In this document: positions 25,967 to 33,811 of the stretch, in pieces
How positions within the stretch are numbered: position 1 is the stretch's first letter
How the letters are laid out: each line of letters opens with the position of its first letter
From: a virus
IMG/VR virus record: IMGVR_UViG_3300045988_109965
Span: 1 to 43,163 of that record
Length of the DNA stretch: 43,163 nucleotides
Strand: one strand, 5' to 3'
The notes under the pieces: model-generated
What the model saw: the letters and a program-made list of their open reading frames with translations, nothing else
The model's database searches: none
Told to the model about the DNA's origin: nothing
Translations under genes and position numbers: made by a program

Positions 25967-27040
25967 TTATTCTTCATTAGCATTTTTGTTAGCATTTTCT
26001 TCGCTGCGATAGAATGCACTCAGGGCCGTCTCATAGCGAGCTATGTCCGACTTGGCAATGTGGGTATAGATTTTATGCATGGTTGTGGCGTCAGCCCAAC
26101 CTCCGATTTCCATTGCGATTTTATCCGGAATCTGGAGGTGGTAGGCCAGGGAGGCGAAGCTGTGCCGGAGGCCATGGACTCCGACATTCGGAAGCCCATT
26201 CGCGCTGCAAATCTTTTTGATGGCGCACCGAAGGCTGTTTTGATGTATCTCCAGCACCGGGCCGGATGGTTTCCGGTCACGCTCCAGCGCCGTTGCCAGT
26301 TCTGGAATCATGATGGGGACCTTGCGGGTTGAGGTAACATTTTTGTTCTGGCGCTTTTCAATATACTTGTTGTCCTCGTTCAAGACTACCGCGCCGGATA
26401 CGCGGATGAATTTCGGATTCTGCGGTATGTTCTGCCACTTTAAGGCTTGAATTTCTGATACACGGAGAGAGCATAAAGCCAACAGGCAGGGAACCGCATA
26501 TTTCGTATCCTTGACAGCGGAGACAAATTTTTTTATTTCATCAGGTGAAAGAAATGGCTTTTCGGCTGGGATCTGAACCGGAAGGGTAATCGCCGGCAGC
26601 TTTTTCCCGGTGGCGTCCTCTACGACGCTTCGAATAAATCCCCAGGCGTTTTTCAGTGTTTTAGGAGAGCATAGGGCGGCCTCCTGATTTACAATGACCT
26701 GCCACTCGGACTCCGGTATTTCGTCCAGCCTGCGGGACAGTGTGCTCCTGAACCGGTGCTTTTGAATGGTTCGGTATCCCCGCACAGTCAGAGGGGACAG
26801 GGTATTGTCCCGAGCCGATATGTAGCGGTCTATGGCCTCGTTCAATGTCGGGGAGTCTGTTTCCTCCGGGTTCTTCGGGGCTCTCTTACCAACCAGATAC
26901 TCTGCTTTTACCGCTTGAGCCTGCCGGGTACACTCCTTTTCTGTGCTGGCCGTTACCGGAATACTCTCTCCGCCGAGGCGGAGCTGTATAAACCATTTCC
27001 CGGACGAGAGTTTCCTGGCCTTTGGAACTTTCATTGACAA
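25967..27040 (-). CDS. int: Tyrosine integrase
   Basis: 357 aa. LRVSEIQALKW (Arg I), HGLRHSFASLAY (HxxR) and GGWADATTMHKIYTH (catalytic Tyr region). Lies next to the tRNA-fragment att site. Confidence 0.9.
   Translation of the reverse strand: MSMKVPKARKLSSGKWFIQLRLGGESIPVTASTEKECTRQAQAVKAEYLVGKRAPKNPEETDSPTLNEAIDRYISARDNTLSPLTVRGYRTIQKHRFRSTLSRRLDEIPESEWQVIVNQEAALCSPKTLKNAWGFIRSVVEDATGKKLPAITLPVQIPAEKPFLSPDEIKKFVSAVKDTKYAVPCLLALCSLRVSEIQALKWQNIPQNPKFIRVSGAVVLNEDNKYIEKRQNKNVTSTRKVPIMIPELATALERDRKPSGPVLEIHQNSLRCAIKKICSANGLPNVGVHGLRHSFASLAYHLQIPDKIAMEIGGWADATTMHKIYTHIAKSDIARYETALSAFYRSEENANKNANEE
25977..26001. repeat. 25-bp direct repeat, copy 2 (inside the integrase 3-prime end)
   Basis: Identical to 25747-25771. 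Encodes the ...ENANKNANEE C-terminus of the integrase. Confidence 0.8.
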
Positions 27041-27133
27041 ATTCCCTCCATTCCGATAAAATGAAGGAGCGGAGCGCCTACAAGCATCTGCCCTTGAGCC
27101 GCCTCCGGTATTGCGAGTACCGGGGGCGGTATT

Positions 27134-27436
27134 TTATTGCGCTTTTTTCAGCTCCTCAATTTCACGGGAGTGCTTTCTGGCGATGGCCTCTAACGTATCC
27201 AGCCGTCCGTCAATGATGTCCATATCGTCTTCGCTGGGCATCCGGCGCAGGATTTCCTCTTGACCTTCGGCCAGCAGATTGAATTTCGTTTGAACTTCTG
27301 TATCAAGCAGAGTTTTTACGTCCTGCATGATATCTCGTCTTTGCTGTGCCATAAGCTGCGCCATTCTTTTTTCGGATGCTCCGATTTTAGAATCCATGAT
27401 TTCTGCGATTGCCTGCAAATCTTTTTCATCCAACAT
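27134..27436 (-). CDS. Hypothetical coiled-coil protein (100 aa)
   Basis: ATG lies 8 nt after GAGGAGG. The longer ORF-track start at 27547 lacks an SD. Confidence 0.5.
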   Translation of the reverse strand: MLDEKDLQAIAEIMDSKIGASEKRMAQLMAQQRRDIMQDVKTLLDTEVQTKFNLLAEGQEEILRRMPSEDDMDIIDGRLDTLEAIARKHSREIEELKKAQ

Positions 27437-27485
27437 ATGTAAAACCTCCTCGATTGTCAAGCCACCTCTCCTGGGGCGGCTCTTT

Positions 27486-28223
27486 TTATGGCCTCGGCGG
27501 GTTGCAGACGGAGCAGGGTTCATATCCCCTGCCGATTGCAGCCGCAATATTGTAAATCCAAAAATCGCGTCCTTCTATGTACTGGCATCCGTAAGTGTGG
27601 TATTTTTCTCCATATTCGGTTGTGATAACAGCGTAGTCCTGCCAGAAATTCAATTCTGACTGCATTTCATTTTTTTGAGACCTTATATCGTTATACTGTT
27701 CTTTGAGCCGTTCATAATTTTCTTCAATTACATCTAATTCCGTTTGCATAGAATCAATTTTATTTAATAGATTTCCCCTGCTATAAATAAACACCCCAGT
27801 TATAATCAATATAACAACAACAGAGCACGCAAAAAGTATTCTCGCCCTTTTAAGGCGCTTTAGCAGACCTTTTTCATCCAAAGGAATATCCCCACCCTTT
27901 CGATCAGACCCTATGATCGCTTCAAATGCCCCATTTATGAGCAAAAACGCTAGTGTGGAAAATACAATAAACGTAAAAGGATTATAAAACGAATATAATG
28001 GCCAGAGTAAGAAACCAAAGAAAAAGAAAAGACCTAGCCCAGCAAGAAAATTAGCAAACGTACAATCAAGTTCCTGCATAAAGGGAAAATAGAAAGCTCC
28101 AATAAAAGCGGAAATTAGATAGGCAATAGAGAACAGAAATATATAATTTGGCAGATAACCTTCTTTATCTTTTTCGATTTTATTCTCCATAAACTGTATT
28201 TTAACCCTCTTTGTTCCCGGCAA
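27486..28223 (-). CDS. Multi-pass membrane protein with a coiled coil and a C-terminal H/C zinc-type motif
   Basis: Several hydrophobic helices, then KYHTYGCQYIEG...AAAIGRGYEPCSVCNP, a small Ada-like metal-binding pattern. The start is uncertain (TTG at 28223 or ATG at 28190). Confidence 0.55.
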   Translation of the reverse strand: MPGTKRVKIQFMENKIEKDKEGYLPNYIFLFSIAYLISAFIGAFYFPFMQELDCTFANFLAGLGLFFFFGFLLWPLYSFYNPFTFIVFSTLAFLLINGAFEAIIGSDRKGGDIPLDEKGLLKRLKRARILFACSVVVILIITGVFIYSRGNLLNKIDSMQTELDVIEENYERLKEQYNDIRSQKNEMQSELNFWQDYAVITTEYGEKYHTYGCQYIEGRDFWIYNIAAAIGRGYEPCSVCNPPRP

Positions 28224-28661
28224 TTAGAACAAACTGATCGTGCCCATACGATATTTAGCGAGACGTTGCGGAACTCCCATATAGGCCGCGGCATCTGAAA
28301 TTGTGCGCTCTAAAAATGGAAGAAGTTCATTGTCATCATACAGAAAATCAAGCGCGAAACGATCAGCTTCATTCTCGAATTTCTCAACCGAAAATCTTGT
28401 ATGTGCCCTCAAAAACGGCGTACTTAGATTCGGATGCAGAATAGCATGAGCCACCTCATGGGCACAGGTGAATGTAGCGAGATACCCATCCAGCTCCTCA
28501 TTGATATGTATGAACTTCTGCTTGTAACAGCGGTTATAATACCCCAAAATTTCGCCCAAAGGCTCATGGAGCACAATAATACCTAGTGATGCCGCCAAAT
28601 CGAACGGGTTGCGCGTTTCGTATTTACGGCACATCGCTTCGGCAATCACTTTGGTATCCAC
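28224..28661 (-). CDS. ImmA/IrrE-family metallopeptidase
   Basis: FTCAHEVAHAILH (HExxH). 145 aa. Lies directly downstream of the XRE repressor. Confidence 0.8.
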   Translation of the reverse strand: MDTKVIAEAMCRKYETRNPFDLAASLGIIVLHEPLGEILGYYNRCYKQKFIHINEELDGYLATFTCAHEVAHAILHPNLSTPFLRAHTRFSVEKFENEADRFALDFLYDDNELLPFLERTISDAAAYMGVPQRLAKYRMGTISLF

Positions 28662-28663
28662 CG

Positions 28664-29074
28664 CTAATCCTCCTTACGGTATTTTTTCGGCGTATACTTT
28701 TGCTTGGCAAGTTTCTTACCCATTTCCATACTGTTACGGAGAGAATCTGCTAGGAGCTCGCGGGTTGTCGGATCAATGGATTCGCCTGAAAACATAAGCC
28801 CGTCCTGCCCGCTCTCCAGATCTGCTAAAATGTCCGCTAACTTTTTTTCAATATCGCGCTCATCCTTCTTGGTAAGGGTGGGCGCTTTTGTTTTTGCGTC
28901 AAGGAGTTCGTCCACAGTAACTTCTAATACGAGCGCAATCCTTTTGATGGTTTCAAGGTCTGGCTCTCTATTACCTGTTTCGTACTGGCTCAATGTATTA
29001 GCCGCAATCCCAAGCTTGGCGGCCAATTCCTTCTGCTTTATTCCTTTACTTTTTCGTATCTCTTGGATTCTCAC
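28664..29074 (-). CDS. XRE-family repressor (ImmR / CI-like)
   Basis: IRKSKGIKQKELAAKLGIAANTLSQYETGNREPDLETIKRIALVLEVTVDELL. GTG start 5 nt after GAGGTGG. The ORF track extends to 29131. Confidence 0.85.
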   Translation of the reverse strand: MRIQEIRKSKGIKQKELAAKLGIAANTLSQYETGNREPDLETIKRIALVLEVTVDELLDAKTKAPTLTKKDERDIEKKLADILADLESGQDGLMFSGESIDPTTRELLADSLRNSMEMGKKLAKQKYTPKKYRKED

Positions 29075-29092
29075 TTTGACCACCTCGCTTAC

Positions 29093-29121
29093 ACTATATA
29101 TCACAAAATGTGAATAATCAA
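29093..29121 (-). promoter_or_regulatory. Candidate promoter for the repressor operon
   Basis: The minus strand reads TTGATT, 17 nt, TATAGT. The TCACAAAATGTGA palindrome lies in the spacer. Confidence 0.55.
29101..29113. promoter_or_regulatory. Candidate operator palindrome TCACA-AAA-TGTGA
   Basis: Perfect 5-3-5 inverted repeat. Further TCAC(A/G) half-sites lie at 29128, 29170 and 29193. Confidence 0.5.
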
Positions 29122-29160
29122 GCACAATCACAAAAAGAGATTTTTAGCAAATTTGCCAGC

Positions 29161-29189
29161 TTGATAAAATCACGATATGAGAATATAAT
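29161..29189 (+). promoter_or_regulatory. Candidate early (Cro-side) promoter
   Basis: TTGATA, 17 nt, TATAAT. The spacer contains a TCACG half-site. Confidence 0.65.
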
Positions 29190-29221
29190 AGTTCACACAA
29201 CGAGAATTTGGAGGTGAGAAT

Positions 29222-29437
29222 TTGGGTACCTGTTTCCGAATCAAAGAGCTACGGCAGTCCGCCGGATTAACCCAGGCCCAGCTTGCGTTTCGGCTGGATT
29301 TGAAAAGCCCGAGCACCGTAACTATGTGGGAGACCGGAGATCGAAAACCTCCGAGCACAGTTCTTCCGCGCCTTGCTCATGTACTTGGTGTTTCTGTTGA
29401 TGCTCTCTACGAGAATACCACAAGCGAAGTCCGATAA
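29222..29437 (+). CDS. Cro-like XRE HTH protein
   Basis: IKELRQSAGLTQAQLAFRLDLKSPSTVTMWETGDRKP. TTG start 4 nt after GGAGGTGA. Divergent from the repressor. Confidence 0.75.
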   Translation: MGTCFRIKELRQSAGLTQAQLAFRLDLKSPSTVTMWETGDRKPPSTVLPRLAHVLGVSVDALYENTTSEVR

Positions 29438-29570
29438 AACGGACTGATAGGAAGGGGGTGATTGATTGACCGCCCTTGATGCTATCGAGGCAATCAGTAG
29501 GCTCGGCTGTTTTCTCGGCGCTATGGGACATCTGTTTTTCTTTTTCAGAAGCTGGAGCAAACTGGACAGC

Positions 29571-29918
29571 TCAAAAGCTGGAGCGGATACGATCCATGAG
29601 CCAAAGAAACCCGTCCCGCGCTCCAGGGAGAAGGCTGAAAAAGGTGAGAATGCCAATGACTGCGCTGAATATCCCTACGATAGGTTTCCAGCGGCGTTTC
29701 AGTTTTTCTATCATGGCCTTCTTTTTCTCGTCTTTTATTCTATTTTCAAGCTCTAACGGTTCATCGAACAGCCGCTTGACTTCTGATTCATGGGCCTTAT
29801 CGTATCCGGCCGCAAGCAGGATCCGGCGGCGCTCCTCATCGCTCCGGGAGTTCCGGTAATCTTCCGCGATGTCCTGAGTCCACTCATCATCAACGTGGGG
29901 CTTTGGGTAGTCAGACAC
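29571..29918 (-). CDS. Hypothetical C-terminally membrane-anchored protein
   Basis: GTG start 8 nt after AGGAG. TM segment IVGIFSAVIGILTFFSLL. Confidence 0.5.
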   Translation of the reverse strand: MSDYPKPHVDDEWTQDIAEDYRNSRSDEERRRILLAAGYDKAHESEVKRLFDEPLELENRIKDEKKKAMIEKLKRRWKPIVGIFSAVIGILTFFSLLPGARDGFLWLMDRIRSSF

Positions 29919-30104
29919 AGTAATCACTCCTAAAACGGTATGAAAATCAGGCCAACCTGGTTGGCGACAGTGTTGGCCGTCATAGATTTTTACGCTTTTC
30001 AATGCGGGTGGCAGGTGGAAGCTGCCGCGTTTGCGCCCCTATCATACCAAATCATTATGTGTCTGGCTACCCCAAGCTCCACGCAAAAGAGGGGGTGAAA
30101 CAGA

Positions 30105-30479
30105 TTGGAGAGCAAAAATACCGCCCCTGGTGGGCAAGACCAGGAGCGGATCGTTTCAGAATTTGGAAACACAAAAGAGATGGAGCGGGAACATCCGTTC
30201 TGCGGGGCCTATCTGCTGGAGCATATTTCGGCGGTAATCAACATGGCCTGCCGCCACGGCGGCGGGGCGGTGGTGGAGCTGAAGGACATGGCAGAGCCAG
30301 ATCTCTCGTGGACGATGGGCTTGTGCAGAGCCATGGCGGATGCGGCGGCGCAGTACATAGGATGCGCCGACGGCGAAAAGCCGGGTGTATGCGCGGTTAT
30401 GTGTCAGAGGTGTCAGAAAGAGAACGCGGGACATCTTGAACCAATTTGCACCGGGAAGAAAACTTGCACCCGTTTTTAG
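30105..30479 (+). CDS. Cys-rich hypothetical protein
   Basis: TTG start 6 nt after GAGGGGGTGA. G/C-rich third codon positions. Its 3-prime end overlaps the convergent ORF at 30397-30591. Confidence 0.45.
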   Translation: MESKNTAPGGQDQERIVSEFGNTKEMEREHPFCGAYLLEHISAVINMACRHGGGAVVELKDMAEPDLSWTMGLCRAMADAAAQYIGCADGEKPGVCAVMCQRCQKENAGHLEPICTGKKTCTRF

Positions 30480-30591
30480 GGCACTCGACGGATATGAGGA
30501 TGCCGTTGGAATAGGTGCAGACAACCGGGACAACCCTTCCGGCATATTCACATCGCCCTGTTATGGCGACTGACTTCACAGGATTCTCCAT
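30397..30591 (-). CDS. Small Cys-containing hypothetical protein (64 aa)
   Basis: ATG lies 4 nt after GAGGGGGTGA. Candidate promoter TTGTCC-17-TATCAT upstream. Confidence 0.4.
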   Translation of the reverse strand: MENPVKSVAITGRCEYAGRVVPVVCTYSNGILISVECPKNGCKFSSRCKLVQDVPRSLSDTSDT

Positions 30592-30772
30592 AAAATCACC
30601 CCCTCTCCGCCCTTATGATACCACGGGGCAAAAAGGGGGACAACAAAAAACGCCCCCGCCGGTGGGGGAACACCGACGAGGGCTGCAAACCTAATCGACC
30701 ACACCGACTAGGCTTGATGGAACAAGTGTACTACTTTCCTTCGAGCCTGTCAACTGGCAAGGAGGAAAAATT

Positions 30773-31069
30773 ATGCCGAACAAGAAAGATGAAATTGAGA
30801 ACCGCTTTACCGCCGCGCGGCACGTCATGGACGACCTGTGCCGCGCCTATTACGGGATGACCTGGGACGAGCACGAACGCCTTCATGGAGGACGGGGCGG
30901 CTCAGGCGGCTATCTCCCGCTCTTTACCGCCTGCCTCCAGATGGCGGCGGAGCTGGCCGGGAAGGAATTTGACCCGGCCAACTACACGGAACTGGAGCTG
31001 TGGCAGCTCTGTGAGCTGTACGCCGCCTCCGGGCTGTCCGTACAGGATTTTGCGGAGCGGCATCTGTAA
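30773..31069 (+). CDS. Hypothetical protein
   Basis: ATG after CAAGGAGG. 98 aa. Confidence 0.55.
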   Translation: MPNKKDEIENRFTAARHVMDDLCRAYYGMTWDEHERLHGGRGGSGGYLPLFTACLQMAAELAGKEFDPANYTELELWQLCELYAASGLSVQDFAERHL

Positions 31070-31084
31070 AAAGGAGGAATCAGA

Positions 31085-31357
31085 ATGCCAAAATTGAGAA
31101 TGACAGACCAGCAGCGCAGAGAAAAGGCGCTGATGCGGGCACTCGAAAAAGCCAAATTTGAGAACGACCTGAAATATGACATAGATGTTGCCAACCGTTT
31201 GGGCATCGTTCCTGTTACATATCTGCGCAGAAAGAAAAAGTCGTTTCAGACGACGCCCCTACAGGATTTCGCCTTGATGGCACGGGTGCTTCATTTTACA
31301 GGCCGGGAGGTCTGCGAGATCGTCGGCGTCCCATACAAGGAGGTGACGACAGAATGA
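31085..31357 (+). CDS. Hypothetical, possibly DNA-binding protein
   Basis: ATG after AGGAGGAATCAGA. 90 aa. HTH-like segment LHFTGREVCEIVGVPY. Confidence 0.5.
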   Translation: MPKLRMTDQQRREKALMRALEKAKFENDLKYDIDVANRLGIVPVTYLRRKKKSFQTTPLQDFALMARVLHFTGREVCEIVGVPYKEVTTE

Positions 31358-31515
31358 ATCATCAGGCCGAGCGCGACAGGCGCGCAAAGGCGTACAGCTA
31401 CCGGGCCTACCGCCGCCTGGTACAGCAGGCGCAGGCGGTGGCCCAGCGGGTACAACTGGCGGTGGTTGCCGGAGCGGCGCTGGTGCTGGCTATTCTGGTG
31501 GCGGTCAGCCTATGA
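31354..31515 (+). CDS. Small membrane protein (53 aa)
   Basis: ATGA overlaps with both neighbouring genes. C-terminal TM segment LAVVAGAALVLAILVAV. Below the ORF-track cut-off. Confidence 0.45.
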   Translation: MNHQAERDRRAKAYSYRAYRRLVQQAQAVAQRVQLAVVAGAALVLAILVAVSL

Positions 31516-31742
31516 AGAAACAACTGATCGTGACCATTGCATATCTCTTTCTGCTGCTGGCGCTGGTTGCACTAGTTGAAATCATCTGGAACCATGAGCC
31601 GGAGCAGCCAGCCATTGAGACCCCGGCGGCAACCACCACCCCGTCCCCCACGCCCACCGGCCCGCTCACCATCCAGATCACCGGACTGGAGGGCGCGGAG
31701 AGCATCGACGATGTGTGGGCGGTCATAGAAATCCCACATTGA
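31512..31742 (+). CDS. Small signal-anchored protein
   Basis: N-terminal hydrophobic helix IVTIAYLFLLLALVALV followed by a Pro/Thr linker. Confidence 0.5.
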   Translation: MKKQLIVTIAYLFLLLALVALVEIIWNHEPEQPAIETPAATTTPSPTPTGPLTIQITGLEGAESIDDVWAVIEIPH

Positions 31743-31754
31743 GGAGGGAGCAAA

Positions 31755-32501
31755 ATGGACTTAAAAAAGATTTTGGACGAGCATCTCCTTTGGCTGAATG
31801 GAGAGGGCGGCAGCCGTGCCAACCTGAGCAATGCCGACCTGCGCGATGCCAACCTGAGCAATGCCGACCTGCGCTGTGCCAACCTGCGCAATGCCAACCT
31901 GTTCGGTGCCAACCTGCGCGGTGCCAACCTGAGCAATGCCGACCTGTTCGGTGCCAACCTGCGCGGTGCCAACCTGTTCGGTGCCAACCTGCGCAATGCC
32001 GACCTGCGCGATGCCAACCTGCGCGGTGCCAACCTGAGCAATGCCGACCTGCGCGGTGCCAACCTGAGCAATGCCGACCTGTTCGGTGCCAACCTGCGCG
32101 GTGCCAACCTGAGCAATGCCGACCTGTGCGGGGCATCTATAGATCAAATGATGTGGAATATTTATACGGTGTTCTATCCGTTGCAATGTCCGGAATCCGG
32201 CTCTTATATCGGCTATAAAAAGGCAAGTGGCCTTGTTGTGGAGTTGGAAATCCCCGCAGATGCACGCCGGTCCTCCGCTACTAGCCGAAAATGCCGCGCC
32301 AGTAAGGCCAAGGTATTGAGTATCACAGATATCAACGGAAATCCTGCTGGCGGCCAGGTAAAGAGCAATTATGATCCGAACTTTGTTTATGCCATAGGCG
32401 AAACCGTTGAGGTGACTGATTTCGACGATAACCGATGGAACGAGTGCTCCACTGGCATTCATCACTTTATTACACGGGCGGAGGCCGTTATTTACGAATA
32501 A
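31755..32501 (+). CDS. Pentapeptide-repeat protein with a conserved phage C-terminal domain
   Basis: About 20 consecutive A(N/D)L(S/R/F)x pentapeptides, then a C-terminal ...[14 protein letters not shown] module. Confidence 0.9.
   Translation: MDLKKILDEHLLWLNGEGGSRANLSNADLRDANLSNADLRCANLRNANLFGANLRGANLSNADLFGANLRGANLFGANLRNADLRDANLRGANLSNADLRGANLSNADLFGANLRGANLSNADLCGASIDQMMWNIYTVFYPLQCPESGSYIGYKKASGLVVELEIPADARRSSATSRKCRASKAKVLSITDINGNPAGGQVKSNYDPNFVYAIGETVEVTDFDDNRWNECSTGIHHFITRAEAVIYE
31818..32130 (+). repeat. Near-perfect 15/30-nt tandem DNA repeats (coding)
   Basis: Units such as gccaacctgagcaatgccgacctgcgcg are reiterated. All six frames stay open across the tract. Confidence 0.9.
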
Positions 32502-32591
32502 AAAGCGCCGCTCCCCGGTGTGCGAGACCGGAGGGCGGCAAGGGAAACATTTGTTTATTTACATTTTATAACGATTAGAAAGGAAAGTCAA

Positions 32592-32768
32592 ATGAAATTG
32601 TATCAAAAGCGCAATGGAAATATGTCCAATCAGGACTGGCTTGACCTTGGTACGCTTCTTCTTAAGCTGGGCTATGTAGTTTCCATAGGAAAGGAGAAGC
32701 AAAGCGGATCTATGTACCGTTCTTATATCGAAATCCAGGGAAACGGACTGGAGAAGGAGGAGCTGTAA
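32592..32768 (+). CDS. Small hypothetical protein (58 aa), AT-richer
   Basis: ATG after AAAGGAAAG. Its stop overlaps the next ATG. Confidence 0.4.
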   Translation: MKLYQKRNGNMSNQDWLDLGTLLLKLGYVVSIGKEKQSGSMYRSYIEIQGNGLEKEEL

Positions 32769-32980
32769 TGCACATCCCATTGTATGACAGCCAGACGACT
32801 CCGGCATCTGCTTATTGCGAGAAGTGCCGCCAGGAGGTCTACCACGGCGAGGCACGGTTTCAGTGGGAGGGACGGTGGCTCTGCCCGGACTGCTTCCGGG
32901 CCGCGGTCAACAAGGCCCTACGAGACTGCCCGGAGCAGGTGGCGTTGGAGATGGGGCTGGAAGTGGAGCGGTACGTATGA
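32768..32980 (+). CDS. Small zinc-ribbon protein
   Basis: CEKC...(17 aa)...CPDC. Confidence 0.5.
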   Translation: MHIPLYDSQTTPASAYCEKCRQEVYHGEARFQWEGRWLCPDCFRAAVNKALRDCPEQVALEMGLEVERYV

Positions 32981-33213
32981 GCCGCGAGACCTGCGTGCGC
33001 TACTACACCACCGGCACAGCCACCGTGGCCGTCCATTTCCCCAATGGGCTGACGGTTTGCCAGTGGTGCCCCTACATCCAATACCGGGAGGGCCTCAAGC
33101 GCCACCAATGCGCCCTCACCGGCGAATTTCTGCCGTACCCGTTTGACGGGATGGGGAACGAGTGCCCGATTACATTTGATAAGGAGGACAAGCAACATGA
33201 GTTTGACAGTTAA
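32977..33213 (+). CDS. Small Cys-rich hypothetical protein (78 aa)
   Basis: ATGA overlap with the previous gene. Contains CQWCP and scattered Cys residues. Confidence 0.45.
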   Translation: MSRETCVRYYTTGTATVAVHFPNGLTVCQWCPYIQYREGLKRHQCALTGEFLPYPFDGMGNECPITFDKEDKQHEFDS

Positions 33214-33796
33214 GGAGACCAAGGGCGGCGGCAGTGCCCCCATTGAGCCCGGAGCGTACCCGGCCCGCTGCGTGGGCGTAGTCGACCTGGGCATCCAGCA
33301 CAACGACTTCAACAACAAGGATCAAGAAAAGGTGCGGCTTATTTTTGAGCTGCCCACGGAGCGCGTGCAGGTAGACGGTGAGGACAAGCCCCGCTGGCTT
33401 AGCAAGCCCTACACCGCCTCCCTCCATGAGAAGTCCACCCTGCGCCATGATCTGGACGCCTGGCGCGGTAAGCCCTTTACCCAAGAAGAGCTGGCCGGGT
33501 TCAATCTGGCGAATGTAATCAACGCCCCCTGTTTACTTACCGTGGTCAACCAGGAGGGCAAGAATGGCGGCACCTACGCCAAGATTGCCGGTATCTCCAA
33601 ACCGATGAAGGGTATGGAAGTGCCACCCCTTGAAAACGAGCCGATCCAGTTTGATATGGACGCCGAGGACGCCGAAGAGACCCTGAAGTTGCTGCCCACC
33701 TGGATGCAAGATGAGGTGCAGAAGTCAGTCACATGGAAGGCGAGGATGTCCGGCCCTTTTGAGGATGCCGACGAGGACGGCGAGCTCCCGTTTTAA
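33197..33796 (+). CDS. ssDNA-binding-like protein (DUF669-like) with an acidic SSB-type tail
   Basis: ATG after AAGGAGGACAAGCAAC. The C-terminus ...EDADEDGELPF mimics the SSB tip. Sits upstream of the replisome organiser. Confidence 0.5.
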   Translation: MSLTVKETKGGGSAPIEPGAYPARCVGVVDLGIQHNDFNNKDQEKVRLIFELPTERVQVDGEDKPRWLSKPYTASLHEKSTLRHDLDAWRGKPFTQEELAGFNLANVINAPCLLTVVNQEGKNGGTYAKIAGISKPMKGMEVPPLENEPIQFDMDAEDAEETLKLLPTWMQDEVQKSVTWKARMSGPFEDADEDGELPF

Positions 33797-33811
33797 GGGG
33801 GCCGCCGCCCT

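Noticed and set aside
25903-25978. A possible complete tRNA gene on the minus strand next to the integrase.
   Set aside because: Only the T-loop, acceptor 3-prime strand and CCA are present. The upstream 45 nt cannot form the 5-prime acceptor strand, D arm or anticodon arm. It is better explained as the attP core.
30083-30606. An inverted 11-mer pair considered as the ends of an invertible DNA segment.
   Set aside because: The match is limited to the SD region. No invertase gene is adjacent, and no extended inverted repeat exists beyond the 11 nt.
31505-32218. A regular short-repeat array that could be mistaken for a CRISPR array or non-coding satellite, with ORFs open in all six frames.
   Set aside because: The units are contiguous 15/30-nt repeats with no spacers. 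They read in frame as pentapeptide repeats within a protein that has proper N- and C-terminal non-repeat parts.
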